From an uncultured Acidobacteriaceae bacterium (GTDB taxonomy: Bacteria; Acidobacteriota; Terriglobia; Terriglobales; Acidobacteriaceae): a DNA stretch of 64,000 nucleotides. How positions within the stretch are numbered: position 1 is the stretch's first letter; each line of letters begins with the position of its first letter. Where the stretch lies: NCBI GenBank assembly GCA_963806985.1, contig CAWDZV010000003.1, positions 611,277 through 675,276 on the forward strand, in the 5' to 3' direction. Shown in pieces: positions 45,859 through 54,579 of the stretch. Made by a program: the position numbers and the translations under genes. The notes under the pieces are model-generated. The model saw only the letters and a program-made list of their open reading frames with translations. It was not told where the DNA came from and ran no database searches.

Positions 45859-46302
45859 ATGAGGAAGAGCTTTCTGGTCCTGCATGCAGTGGTCATCCTG
45901 TTCGGATTTGGCCTGGTGAATGTCAATGTGGCGGCTCAGGATGATTATGAAGGGCCGCTGGCGGATTTGCGCTTTGTTGTGGTGAAGGACTACAACGGCA
46001 AGCCGGTGCGGAATGCGGCCGTGGTGCTGCATCCGGTGAGCAAGGGCAAGCAGGCGCGTGGTGGAATGGAGTTGAAGACCGACAACGACGGGCGGACGAA
46101 TATCGATGGAATTCCTTATGGTCCACTGCGGGTGCAGGTGTTGGCGCAGGGTTTCCAGACTTTTGGGGAAGATTACGAAATCAACAAGCCGGAACTGGAA
46201 ATTACGGTGAAGCTGAAGCGCCCTGGGGGACAGTACTCGACCTACACCGGAAGTACGACGAATCCGGATGACAAGAAACCGCCGCAGCAGAAACCGCAAT
46301 AG
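45859..46302 (+). CDS. Small secreted carboxypeptidase-regulatory-like (Ig-fold) domain protein, paralog A
   Basis: Has a signal peptide and the blocks KPVRNAAVVLHP...GIPYGPLRVQVLAQGFQTFGEDYEINK. It is closely similar to 46471-46887. Confidence 0.6.
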   Translation: MRKSFLVLHAVVILFGFGLVNVNVAAQDDYEGPLADLRFVVVKDYNGKPVRNAAVVLHPVSKGKQARGGMELKTDNDGRTNIDGIPYGPLRVQVLAQGFQTFGEDYEINKPELEITVKLKRPGGQYSTYTGSTTNPDDKKPPQQKPQ

Positions 46303-46470
46303 CCTGGCCGGTGAACTCTATCGGCTTTTGTTGTAACGACGTTGGTTTGCCATCTCGGCTGGTACGCTATTAGTCCCGCAAAAATCGCGTACTGGTCGCT
46401 ACTAATCGCGCACTATTCGCCGACCATTCGCGCACTGAGGCGCGCCGTTTTTAGAGAGGATGGAATCTTT

Positions 46471-46887
46471 ATGAAAAACAATTGTTTTCGAACGATCACG
46501 ATGGCGGTAGCTTTGGGACTTGCATTGACTGGGTTGACGTGGGCTCAGGATGATGAAGGGCCTACGGCGAAGCTGCTCTTTCTGGTGGTGCGCGATACTG
46601 ATGGGAAGCCGGTGAGGAACGCGGAGGTAGTGCTGCATCCGGTTAAGCGCAAGGGCAAACAGGATAAGGGAGAGATGGACTTCAAGACGGATGCGCAAGG
46701 GAAGACGAGCGCGGATGACATTCCGTATGGACAGTTGCGAGTGCAGGTGCTGGCGCCGCATTTCCAGACGTTTGGGGAAGACTACGAGATCAATAAGGCG
46801 GAGATGGAAATTACGGTGAAGCTGAAGCATCCGGGGGAACAGTACTCTGTTTACGACAATCACGGAGACGATAAGAAACCGCAGTAA
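46471..46887 (+). CDS. Small secreted carboxypeptidase-regulatory-like domain protein, paralog B
   Basis: The ATG at 46471 follows gagagga. It is collinear with paralog A (KPVRNAEVVLHP...IPYGQLRVQVLAPHFQTFGEDYEINK). Confidence 0.6.
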   Translation: MKNNCFRTITMAVALGLALTGLTWAQDDEGPTAKLLFLVVRDTDGKPVRNAEVVLHPVKRKGKQDKGEMDFKTDAQGKTSADDIPYGQLRVQVLAPHFQTFGEDYEINKAEMEITVKLKHPGEQYSVYDNHGDDKKPQ

Positions 46888-46975
46888 GGCAGTAAGACTG
46901 AGAAAGAGATCTGGAGAAGAATCAATTAGTGGGGATGACAGCAAGAGCCGGTTGACCTACAATCTGAGGGCTGCC

Positions 46976-47338
46976 ATGGCAATACAGGAACTCACGGTTG
47001 AGCGCTATGAGGGAGTCGCGGACGATCAGCGCATTCTGTTGCTGCGCGGCCCTATTACCATGGAGACCGCTCCGCAATTCGAGCGTGCCGTGCGCCACGA
47101 GTGCGCCGAGACGATGATTCTGGATTTGTCCGATGTGCCTTACATCGATTCGGTTGGGTTGGGGTCGTTAGTAGCGACGTACGTGTCGCACCAGAAAATG
47201 GGCCGGTGCCTGGTGCTGACGGGGGTCAAGCCGCGGGTGCGCAAGATTATGGAAATTACAAAGGTGACCGATTTCTTCGTAACCTTTAGCACGACGTGGG
47301 AAGCGGTGGAAGCGCTGGCTAACACTGGGACTGCATGA
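46976..47338 (+). CDS. STAS-domain anti-sigma-factor antagonist (SpoIIAA-like)
   Basis: Contains the phosphorylatable-serine context DLSDVPYIDSVGLGSLV. Confidence 0.7.
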   Translation: MAIQELTVERYEGVADDQRILLLRGPITMETAPQFERAVRHECAETMILDLSDVPYIDSVGLGSLVATYVSHQKMGRCLVLTGVKPRVRKIMEITKVTDFFVTFSTTWEAVEALANTGTA

Positions 47339-47447
47339 AAATTGGATAGACGACTCGCATACCGGTTGGAAATCATCTGAGAACAATCATCTGGGCACGA
47401 CTGGCGCTCCCCAACCGGACCGACACACGTCTCTAAAACAAGCTTGT

Positions 47448-48296
47448 TTAGCGGGCTAAAGACTCTATTGCTTGCACGGCTTCGCCCGGCAGAACTAGAC
47501 CGCGGCTGGCTAGGTCCTGTTTCATGTGGTCGACGTCGGAAGTGCCGGTAAGAGGCAGAATTCCGATTTTGCGAGCGAAGCTGAACACTACCTGGGCCGG
47601 CGTTGCCTTGGCGCTCGCCGCCAGACTGGCAATCAGAGGATGGTGCAGCACCTCCTGATTTGCGGTTAAAAGCGAAAATCCCTGATAGATGATTTTGTGC
47701 TCGCGGCAGAACTGGCGAACGGCGCGGTCCCAGCCGAGGTGTGCATAACATCGGTTTTGCACGAAGGCCGGAAGCTCGGTGTGGGCGGCCGAAATTTGCT
47801 GCAGGTGTTGCAGCGACACATTGCTTACGGCGATGAGACGGGTACGGCCGCCATCGCGCTCTTTTTGCATAGCCTCCCAGACTTCGGACTCGGAGGCGGT
47901 CCAGTCATAGTTTGACAGCGGCCCGTGCAGTACGTAACTGTCGACATGGTCGGTTCCGAGATGATCGAGCGAACTAGACATCGACTGCTCAACCTGACGA
48001 GCGAGCGTTGCTGAGGGATCGTAAGGAAGGTGGTGGTCCTGACCTTGCCGGTAGGTAAATTTCGTTTGCAGAAAGAGATCGTCGCGCGTGATGACACCCG
48101 CGCGATAAGCCGCTGCTAATCCCGCGCCAACTCCGGCCTCGAAGTAATGCCGTCGCTGGTTCGCTGTATCGATAGCGCGAAAACCCATGCGGAGCGCTAG
48201 TTCGGTGAGCGCCGGGGTACGATCTTCCTTCCAGGCGGTGCCGTAGATAAAGTCGGGGATGCCACTTGGTGACTGACTTGGCGTTCCATTATTCAT
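47448..48296 (-). CDS. Aldo/keto reductase
   Basis: Motifs are GFRAIDTA..Y, LDHLGTDHVDSYVLH and IAVSN. The length is typical of the AKR family. Confidence 0.75.
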   Translation of the reverse strand: MNNGTPSQSPSGIPDFIYGTAWKEDRTPALTELALRMGFRAIDTANQRRHYFEAGVGAGLAAAYRAGVITRDDLFLQTKFTYRQGQDHHLPYDPSATLARQVEQSMSSSLDHLGTDHVDSYVLHGPLSNYDWTASESEVWEAMQKERDGGRTRLIAVSNVSLQHLQQISAAHTELPAFVQNRCYAHLGWDRAVRQFCREHKIIYQGFSLLTANQEVLHHPLIASLAASAKATPAQVVFSFARKIGILPLTGTSDVDHMKQDLASRGLVLPGEAVQAIESLAR

Positions 48297-49678
48297 GTAA
48301 TTACAGGAATGTTGGTAAGTCCCGTGGTGCCGAATACGCGGCAGTAGCGTTCGATTTCTGACGGAGGACCGAGTGCCTTAGCATAGTTGTCGGAGAGCTT
48401 TACGGCGGGCTTGCCTTCTACCGTAGTTACCTTGCAGATCAAGCTGATAGGGTCAAAGTCGCCGCCGCTAGCGGGATCACAGCCGCGGAAATCGTTGGTC
48501 AGCAAGGTGCCCCAACCGGCGCTGAAACGAATGCGGCGGCTGGGAGTCCATTTTTGTGAATCCTGGAAATCGGCGGCGTAACGAAAGTCTGAGCGGCGCG
48601 CTCCGCGGGCGAACGTCCCGCCAAAATAAGCGTGCAAGCCGAGAATGTCATCGACGTCGAGTGCGTCGGAAGCGATGATGAGTTTGTCATGCGGATCCCG
48701 GCCACGGGCTTTAAGCCATTGGATGTATTCGTCGCCTCCAACGTAGGGATCTTTGCTGTCGATGCGCTGGCCCGTCCAATCTGCCACCCAGTCGGGAGCA
48801 TTTTCCAGGAATTGCGTGGTTCCAAAAGTATCGGGAAGGAGGATCCGAAGAGCGCCCTCATAGGTGGCTTGCCACAACTCGAGGACGCGGTACTGAGAGG
48901 CTTTCAGCGCATCGTCGTCGGTCGTCAATGCAGCGAGGACCATGGGAATTTCGTGCGCGTTGGTTCCGATGGCTTCCAAATCATGCTTATGGGCAATGAA
49001 GGCATTGGAAGTTCCGGTGAAGGAGCTGCCGAGATTTGCCGCCATCGCATTCACAACGTACTCCTGCCAGAGAAAGCTATGACGGCGGCGAGTGCCGAAG
49101 TCGGCGACAGCCAGACCGGGAACCCCGCGCAGGCGCTCGATCTTGCCCCAGAGTTTGGTCTTCGCCCTCGCGTACAAAATGTCGAGACCGAACTCGCGCA
49201 GTTTTTTTAGTCCGGCTCGGGTTTTGAGTTCGCCAATTATGGAGAGCGCGTAGAGTTCCCACATGGTGGTCTCAGTCCAAAGGCCGTCGAACGCAAGATG
49301 GAATTGTCCGTCTTTGATCGACAGCTCATAATCCGACAACCGGAAGTCGCGCTCCAGCCATTCCAGAAAGGCGGGCTCAAAGATTCCGCGGCGGCCGTAG
49401 AAGGTGTTGCCTGCCAGCCACACGAGTTCCGATCGGCGAAAGCGAAGTTGGCGAGCATGTTCCATCTGGTGGATGAGCTCTTCGCGCGGAAACATCTCCG
49501 CGAGGGGCACAGAAGTGGAGCGATTGAATACAGAGAACGAAACACGCGTCGTTGGATAATGCTTCCAGATGAACTGGAGCATTAGGAGTTTGTAGAAATC
49601 GGTGTCAAGCAAAGATCGGGTGACCGGGTCGAGCTCCCAATTGTGGTTGTGCGCCCGCTCGGCGAAGTTGACGATCAT
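48293..49678 (-). CDS. pncB: Nicotinate phosphoribosyltransferase
   Basis: Motifs are LLDTDFYKLLM, FGTRRR and GTSN. ATG 49678 was chosen over the upstream extension. Confidence 0.8.
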   Translation of the reverse strand: MIVNFAERAHNHNWELDPVTRSLLDTDFYKLLMLQFIWKHYPTTRVSFSVFNRSTSVPLAEMFPREELIHQMEHARQLRFRRSELVWLAGNTFYGRRGIFEPAFLEWLERDFRLSDYELSIKDGQFHLAFDGLWTETTMWELYALSIIGELKTRAGLKKLREFGLDILYARAKTKLWGKIERLRGVPGLAVADFGTRRRHSFLWQEYVVNAMAANLGSSFTGTSNAFIAHKHDLEAIGTNAHEIPMVLAALTTDDDALKASQYRVLELWQATYEGALRILLPDTFGTTQFLENAPDWVADWTGQRIDSKDPYVGGDEYIQWLKARGRDPHDKLIIASDALDVDDILGLHAYFGGTFARGARRSDFRYAADFQDSQKWTPSRRIRFSAGWGTLLTNDFRGCDPASGGDFDPISLICKVTTVEGKPAVKLSDNYAKALGPPSEIERYCRVFGTTGLTNIPVIT

Positions 49679-49845
49679 CGTTGGCGATCTCGCATGGTGT
49701 CTTGTGTGCTTTCTCGGGTACGTTCTCTCGGGTACTATCCTCTTTGAGCATACGGAGAAAATCAACCGTAGTTACCGGCGGGGTGCGTTTTCTTGCAGGC
49801 TGGCTGACTTGGGGAAGGCAAACACGGTACTATCAAATTTTGTTC

Positions 49846-50208
49846 ATGAGATTACCTCGGCCCTTGATCAACGACTCCCAGGCTTGTGCATCGTTATTTT
49901 TTGCCATCGGACGGGTCCATGGCTGGGCCGATTTCGCTGAGCGGGCGCTTGCCGTCGGAGTTCTGCCGGCAATGTTCCTGGCCAGAAGCGGCCGCGAGGA
50001 AATCTACAACGTTCTTTGGACGTTGGTGTTTGGTTTCGCCACGCTGAACATTCTGAGCCTAGGCGCACGGCACTTTGAACCGGGGAAATCTGGCCTGAGC
50101 TTTGGCGAGACTCTGGCGATTCTGGTGGTGCTGGTTTCGATCGCGCTGTTGGGTTGGGAGATGCTGTATGTGTTCCATATTCTGCCGATTCGGCTAAACC
50201 CGCAGTGA
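49846..50208 (+). CDS. Small hypothetical membrane protein
   Basis: About 120 aa with 3-4 hydrophobic helices. The start is uncertain. Confidence 0.35.
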   Translation: MRLPRPLINDSQACASLFFAIGRVHGWADFAERALAVGVLPAMFLARSGREEIYNVLWTLVFGFATLNILSLGARHFEPGKSGLSFGETLAILVVLVSIALLGWEMLYVFHILPIRLNPQ

Positions 50209-50214
50209 CGCGGA

Positions 50215-50556
50215 TTGCGGTATGATCGCGGTGTGGCGAAACGCGGATCCTATGTACGTGAATCGAATTTTGAAGTGACCTGCCCCTGCTGCGGTGCGGT
50301 CATGAAAATTGACGTGGCAACTCGCAGCATTATTGCGCATACCGCTCCGGTAAAGCCGAAAACCTTCAACGATATGGAAGAAGCGGCTCGTGCGATGAAG
50401 GAGCACGATAGCCGGCGCGACTCCATCTTCCAACAATCGATGGAAGCGCAAAAGCATGCTGCGGAACTGCTGGAGAAGAAATTCCAGGAGGCGGTAAAGA
50501 AGGCCAAAGAAACCCCGGACACGGGAAGGCCGCTTCGGGATTTCGACTTGGACTGA
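50215..50556 (+). CDS. Hypothetical small protein with CPCC zinc-ribbon-like motif and charged helical tail
   Basis: 113-aa ORF with coding-like composition. No family was recognised. Confidence 0.35.
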   Translation: MRYDRGVAKRGSYVRESNFEVTCPCCGAVMKIDVATRSIIAHTAPVKPKTFNDMEEAARAMKEHDSRRDSIFQQSMEAQKHAAELLEKKFQEAVKKAKETPDTGRPLRDFDLD

Positions 50557-50562
50557 TAAACA

Positions 50563-50657
50563 GGTTCTCAGTTCCCGGTTCTCAGTTCTCAGTCTGAGGC
50601 GCGGGAGGTTGCTGGGAACTGAGAATTGAGAACTCCTGACCGGAACTGAGAACTTCC
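50563..50657. repeat. GTTCTCAGTTCCC / GGGAACTGAGAAC palindromic element (same family as 11757-12020)
   Basis: Arms at 50563-50592 and 50612-50657. It ends directly at the ATG of the GDPD gene. Confidence 0.7.
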
Positions 50658-51305
50658 ATGGCACCTCTTCTTTTGGGGCATCGCGGTGCTCGGGCTTTCC
50701 GCAACATTCCTGAAAATACTTTGGCATCGTTCGAGCTTTGTTTGCGGCATGGCTGCGACGGGTTCGAATTTGACTTGCGGCGGTCCGCCGATGAGCAGGC
50801 GGTGATTTGCCACGACGCGACTTTCGAGGGACGGCAGATTGCTGCTACGGCTTCGAAAAGCCTGCGTTTGCCCGGGCTGGAGGATGTTTTGCGGGAATTT
50901 GCCGGCCGGGCTTTTCTTGATATCGAGTTGAAGGTGGCGGGACTGGAGACGCAGACGCTCGCGGTGTTGCGCAGTCATCCGGCGCAAAGGGGGTATGTGG
51001 TTTCGTCGTTTCTTCCCGATGTGCTCAAGACAATTTACGAATTCGACCAGGCGATTCCCCTGGGATTTCTTTGCGAGTCTGCGCATCAGCTTCTGGATTG
51101 GCGACAAATGCCGGCGCCGTGGGTGATTCCCGAATTCAGACTGGTTGACAGAGCATTGATCGAGCGGGTTCATGATGCAGAAAAGCGCATCATGGTTTGG
51201 ACGGTCAATGACATTGCGCGCATGGGTGAGTTCGCCGCGTGGGGCGTGGACGCGATCATTTCCGATGAGACGGAATTGCTGGTTCGCTCGTTGCGGTCGT
51301 TTTAG
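50658..51305 (+). CDS. Glycerophosphodiester phosphodiesterase
   Basis: Has the GDPD N-terminal motif LLGHRGA..ENTLASF..GCDGFEFDLR, and the C-terminal block is VWTVND. Confidence 0.75.
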   Translation: MAPLLLGHRGARAFRNIPENTLASFELCLRHGCDGFEFDLRRSADEQAVICHDATFEGRQIAATASKSLRLPGLEDVLREFAGRAFLDIELKVAGLETQTLAVLRSHPAQRGYVVSSFLPDVLKTIYEFDQAIPLGFLCESAHQLLDWRQMPAPWVIPEFRLVDRALIERVHDAEKRIMVWTVNDIARMGEFAAWGVDAIISDETELLVRSLRSF

Positions 51306-51384
51306 CTGCGGAAAAGCGGACAATGGATCCGGAACTCCTGTGTCATCATTGCTCCCGGTATTCTCGTCATTTACATTGATCAGG

Positions 51385-52362
51385 ATGGCCACTACTGGCG
51401 AACGATTCGAGCGAGCGGTTCAGATCATGGAGCGATTGCGGGCTCCGGGTGGGTGCCCGTGGGACCGCGAACAGACCTTCGATACCATCAAGCCGTACAC
51501 GCTGGAAGAGGCTTACGAAGTCCTCGAAGCGATTGACAATCGCGATTGGCCGGAACTGACCGGTGAATTGGGCGACCTGCTGCTGCAGGTGCTGTTCTAT
51601 TCGGAGATGGCGCGCGAGGCAGGCCATTTCTCGGTCGATGACGTGCTGGACCGGCTTTCCAATAAGTTGGTGGATCGGCATCCGCACGTGTTTGGCGACG
51701 TGAAGGCGGATACTTCCGCCGAGGTTCTGCGCAACTGGGAGGAGCTCAAGGCGCGAGAGAAAGAGAAAACGAAACGGCTGGCGGCAGTTGACGAGACGAC
51801 CAGACAGACTGATGACGCCGACGCCCGCCCCTTGCAAAAAGCGCAAGGAGCGGGGCTCGCCTCGGAACACTCCGCGGACCATTCTGCCGACCATGCACAA
51901 TCTGTGCTGGCGGGCGTGTCTTCGAAGATGCCCGCGCTGATGGAGGCTTATAAGCTCAGTTCGCGCGCGGCACGTGTTGGATTTGACTGGCAGGAAATTG
52001 AAGGATTGTTCGAAAAGCTTGCAGAGGAAACCGCCGAACTGCGCGAGGAACTGAAGGTCACGCCCGTCCGTGGGCAGCCGGGAACTGGGGTTGCAGGGTC
52101 GGGAAAGACGCAGGTTTCTCCGGAACTGCGCGAGCGTTTGGAAGATGAGGTGGGGGATCTCTTCTTTGTTCTGGTGAACATTGCTCGCTTTCTGTCGCTT
52201 GATCCCGAGTCGGCATTGCGGAGGACGAATCGCAAATTCAAGCGCCGCTTTCAATGGATGGAGGAGCGGCTCGCCGCCGGCGGGCGAGCGCCGCAGCAGG
52301 CGTCGATGGATGAACTGGAAGCATTATGGCAAGAGTCGAAGAGGCAGGAAAAACAGACATGA
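51385..52362 (+). CDS. mazG: Nucleoside triphosphate pyrophosphohydrolase MazG (tandem MazG domains)
   Basis: Contains GCPWDREQTF..TLEEAYEV.EAI and a second EE..EL.EE...E.GDLFF repeat. ATG 51385 was chosen. Confidence 0.8.
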   Translation: MATTGERFERAVQIMERLRAPGGCPWDREQTFDTIKPYTLEEAYEVLEAIDNRDWPELTGELGDLLLQVLFYSEMAREAGHFSVDDVLDRLSNKLVDRHPHVFGDVKADTSAEVLRNWEELKAREKEKTKRLAAVDETTRQTDDADARPLQKAQGAGLASEHSADHSADHAQSVLAGVSSKMPALMEAYKLSSRAARVGFDWQEIEGLFEKLAEETAELREELKVTPVRGQPGTGVAGSGKTQVSPELRERLEDEVGDLFFVLVNIARFLSLDPESALRRTNRKFKRRFQWMEERLAAGGRAPQQASMDELEALWQESKRQEKQT

Positions 52363-53231
52363 CCGGCGCGGGACCTAGGCAATCGTCCGGAATCGTATCA
52401 ACTGACAGAGGGTCGGCCAAAGAAGTGGCCCTCCGAAAGTGTGAAGCGCTGGCGGATATGCAGGCGTGTTTTGAGCTGCAGAAAGAAGTATGGAAGTTTT
52501 CGGATGCGGAGTTGGTTCCGGTGCGGTTGTTCGTGGTGGCGGCGAAAATAGGCGGTCAGGTGATGGGGGCGTTTGTTCCGAAGAGCAAGCAAAGTTACGA
52601 CGACCGGAACGACGACCGGGACGCTGAAAGCAGCATCGAAAGCGAATTGATCGGCTTTGCGCTGGCGATTCCGGGGATGCGGAATGGGCATAGTTACTTG
52701 CACTCGCAGATGCTGGCGGTTCGCCAGCAATATCGCGATGGTGGATTGGGACGGCGGCTGAAGTTCTATCAGCGAGACGACGCTTTGGCGCGCGGTTTCG
52801 AATTGATGGAATGGACGTTCGATCCGCTGGAGATCAAGAACGCGTATCTGAATATCGAAAAGCTGGGAGCGATTGCGCGCCGCTACAATGTAAATCAGTA
52901 TGGGACTACCTCTTCGCCGCTGCAGGGCGGATTGCCGAGCGACCGATTGGTGGCAGAGTGGTGGATGAAGTCGAAACGGGTTGATGCGGCGCTGGCGGGC
53001 GCTGCGCGTGCGGAGTTCGAGTGCCGTGCGCGAGTTGAAGTTCCAGCTGAGATCAGCGAATGGAAGGCCGACGCTGGCATGCGAGGGAGGGCGCTGACCG
53101 TGCAAGAACACTGTCGGCAGCAGCTCCAGCGGGCATTTGCCGACGGATTGAGCGTGCTTGGCTACGAACGCGATCAGCGCGGAAATGGAAGTTTTAAGCT
53201 GGGACAATGGGACGAAAGCTGGCGCTACTAG
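52359..53231 (+). CDS. GNAT-fold acyltransferase-like protein
   Basis: A motif-A-like RDGGLGRRLK is present. Its ATG overlaps the mazG stop as ATGA, and it lies directly upstream of the OSBS/NSAR-family gene. Confidence 0.45.
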   Translation: MTGAGPRQSSGIVSTDRGSAKEVALRKCEALADMQACFELQKEVWKFSDAELVPVRLFVVAAKIGGQVMGAFVPKSKQSYDDRNDDRDAESSIESELIGFALAIPGMRNGHSYLHSQMLAVRQQYRDGGLGRRLKFYQRDDALARGFELMEWTFDPLEIKNAYLNIEKLGAIARRYNVNQYGTTSSPLQGGLPSDRLVAEWWMKSKRVDAALAGAARAEFECRARVEVPAEISEWKADAGMRGRALTVQEHCRQQLQRAFADGLSVLGYERDQRGNGSFKLGQWDESWRY

Positions 53232-53298
53232 CGGCACCCAAATTCCCGTAGAGACCGGCTTGCCCTGTTCCACGCGCCCGCGAATTTTGTGGAAGGTT

Positions 53299-53324
53299 CG
53301 AGACGCGGCAAGCCACGTCTCTAC
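53299..53324. repeat. GAGACGCGGCAAGCCACGTCTCTAC hairpin repeat, copy 2 (inverse orientation of 38167-38194)
   Basis: Its reverse complement matches copy 1 at all but one of the shared positions. It lies about 70 nt after the GNAT-like stop. Confidence 0.6.
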
Positions 53325-53368
53325 AGGCCGGCATCGCTAAACGGTGCCCGACGCGAGTGCAACTCATT

Positions 53369-54487
53369 ATGAGAATCGATTCCGTAAGTCTGCGTGAAAT
53401 TCATATGCCGCTCGTGCATTTTTTTGAAACGAGCTTTGGCCGCGTCTACAGCCGCAAGATTTTGCTGGTGAGTGTCGAGGCGGATGGAGTGCGCGGCTGG
53501 GGAGAGTGCGTGGCCGGAGAGGATCCGTATTACAGCCCGGAATGGACGGAAACCGCGTGGCCTACGATCAAGAATTATCTGGCGCCTTTACTACTACAAC
53601 GCGAATTGGACGCCGGTAGAGATTGTGCGGCGCGGTTTGCTCGGGTCCGCGGGCATCGTATGGCTAAAGCGGCCCTCGAAAATGCGGTATGGGATGCCGA
53701 GGCGAAACAGAAGCAAGTGCCACTCTGGAAACTCCTAGGAGGAACTCGGCGCGAGATTGCCTGTGGCGTTTCGATCGGCATTCAAGATTCGCCAGGGCAA
53801 CTTCTAGAGAAGATAGAAACGGAACTGGCGGCGGGTTACCGGCGGATCAAGATCAAGGTGAAGCCGGGATGGGATTTGAATGTGCTGGAGAAGATTCGGG
53901 CGCGCTGGGCACACATTGTTCTCAGCGTGGACGCGAATTCGGCCTACACGCTGGACGAGGTTGAGCATCTACGCAAATTCGATGCGTTCAATTTGCTGAT
54001 GATCGAGCAGCCGCTGTGGAACGATGAAATCTACCTGCACGCGCGGCTGCAGAAATCTATACGGACGGCGATTTGCCTGGACGAATCGATTTTGAATGCG
54101 CGCGACGCCGATTTTGCGCTGGAAATAGGCGCCTGCCGTATTCTCAACATCAAGGTCGGGCGGGTGGGCGGCTTCGGCGAGGCAAAAAAAATACATGATG
54201 TCGCCGCGCGGCACAACGTTCCGGTATGGTGCGGAGGGATGCTGGAATCTGGAATCGGACGAGCGCACAACATTGCCTTATCGACGCTCGAAAATTTTCG
54301 CTTGCCGGGAGATGTGTCTGCTTCGAAGCGTTATTGGAAAGAGGACATCATCGAGCCGGAAGTGGAAGTGCGGCCCGATGGAATGATCGCCGTCAGTGAT
54401 CTGCCTGGGACAGGTTATCAAGTGCGCGAGGAGTTGGTGCGCAAGGTCACGGTGCGGGAGGAGACATTTCGCGCGGGGAAACCGTAA
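53369..54487 (+). CDS. Enolase-superfamily o-succinylbenzoate synthase / N-succinylamino-acid racemase family enzyme
   Basis: Has the KIKVKPGWD (KxK) motif, metal ligands in DANSAY, IEQPL and LDES, the second lysine in NIKVGRVGG, and MLESGIGRA. Confidence 0.75.
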   Translation: MRIDSVSLREIHMPLVHFFETSFGRVYSRKILLVSVEADGVRGWGECVAGEDPYYSPEWTETAWPTIKNYLAPLLLQRELDAGRDCAARFARVRGHRMAKAALENAVWDAEAKQKQVPLWKLLGGTRREIACGVSIGIQDSPGQLLEKIETELAAGYRRIKIKVKPGWDLNVLEKIRARWAHIVLSVDANSAYTLDEVEHLRKFDAFNLLMIEQPLWNDEIYLHARLQKSIRTAICLDESILNARDADFALEIGACRILNIKVGRVGGFGEAKKIHDVAARHNVPVWCGGMLESGIGRAHNIALSTLENFRLPGDVSASKRYWKEDIIEPEVEVRPDGMIAVSDLPGTGYQVREELVRKVTVREETFRAGKP

Positions 54488-54579
54488 CGCGTATCCAAAG
54501 TCGCTGTGGTCGCTGGCGACTGCCGAGTTGTGCTCGGCTGGACAGCCGAGGGCGGCTGTCCCTACATGAGAAACTTCAC

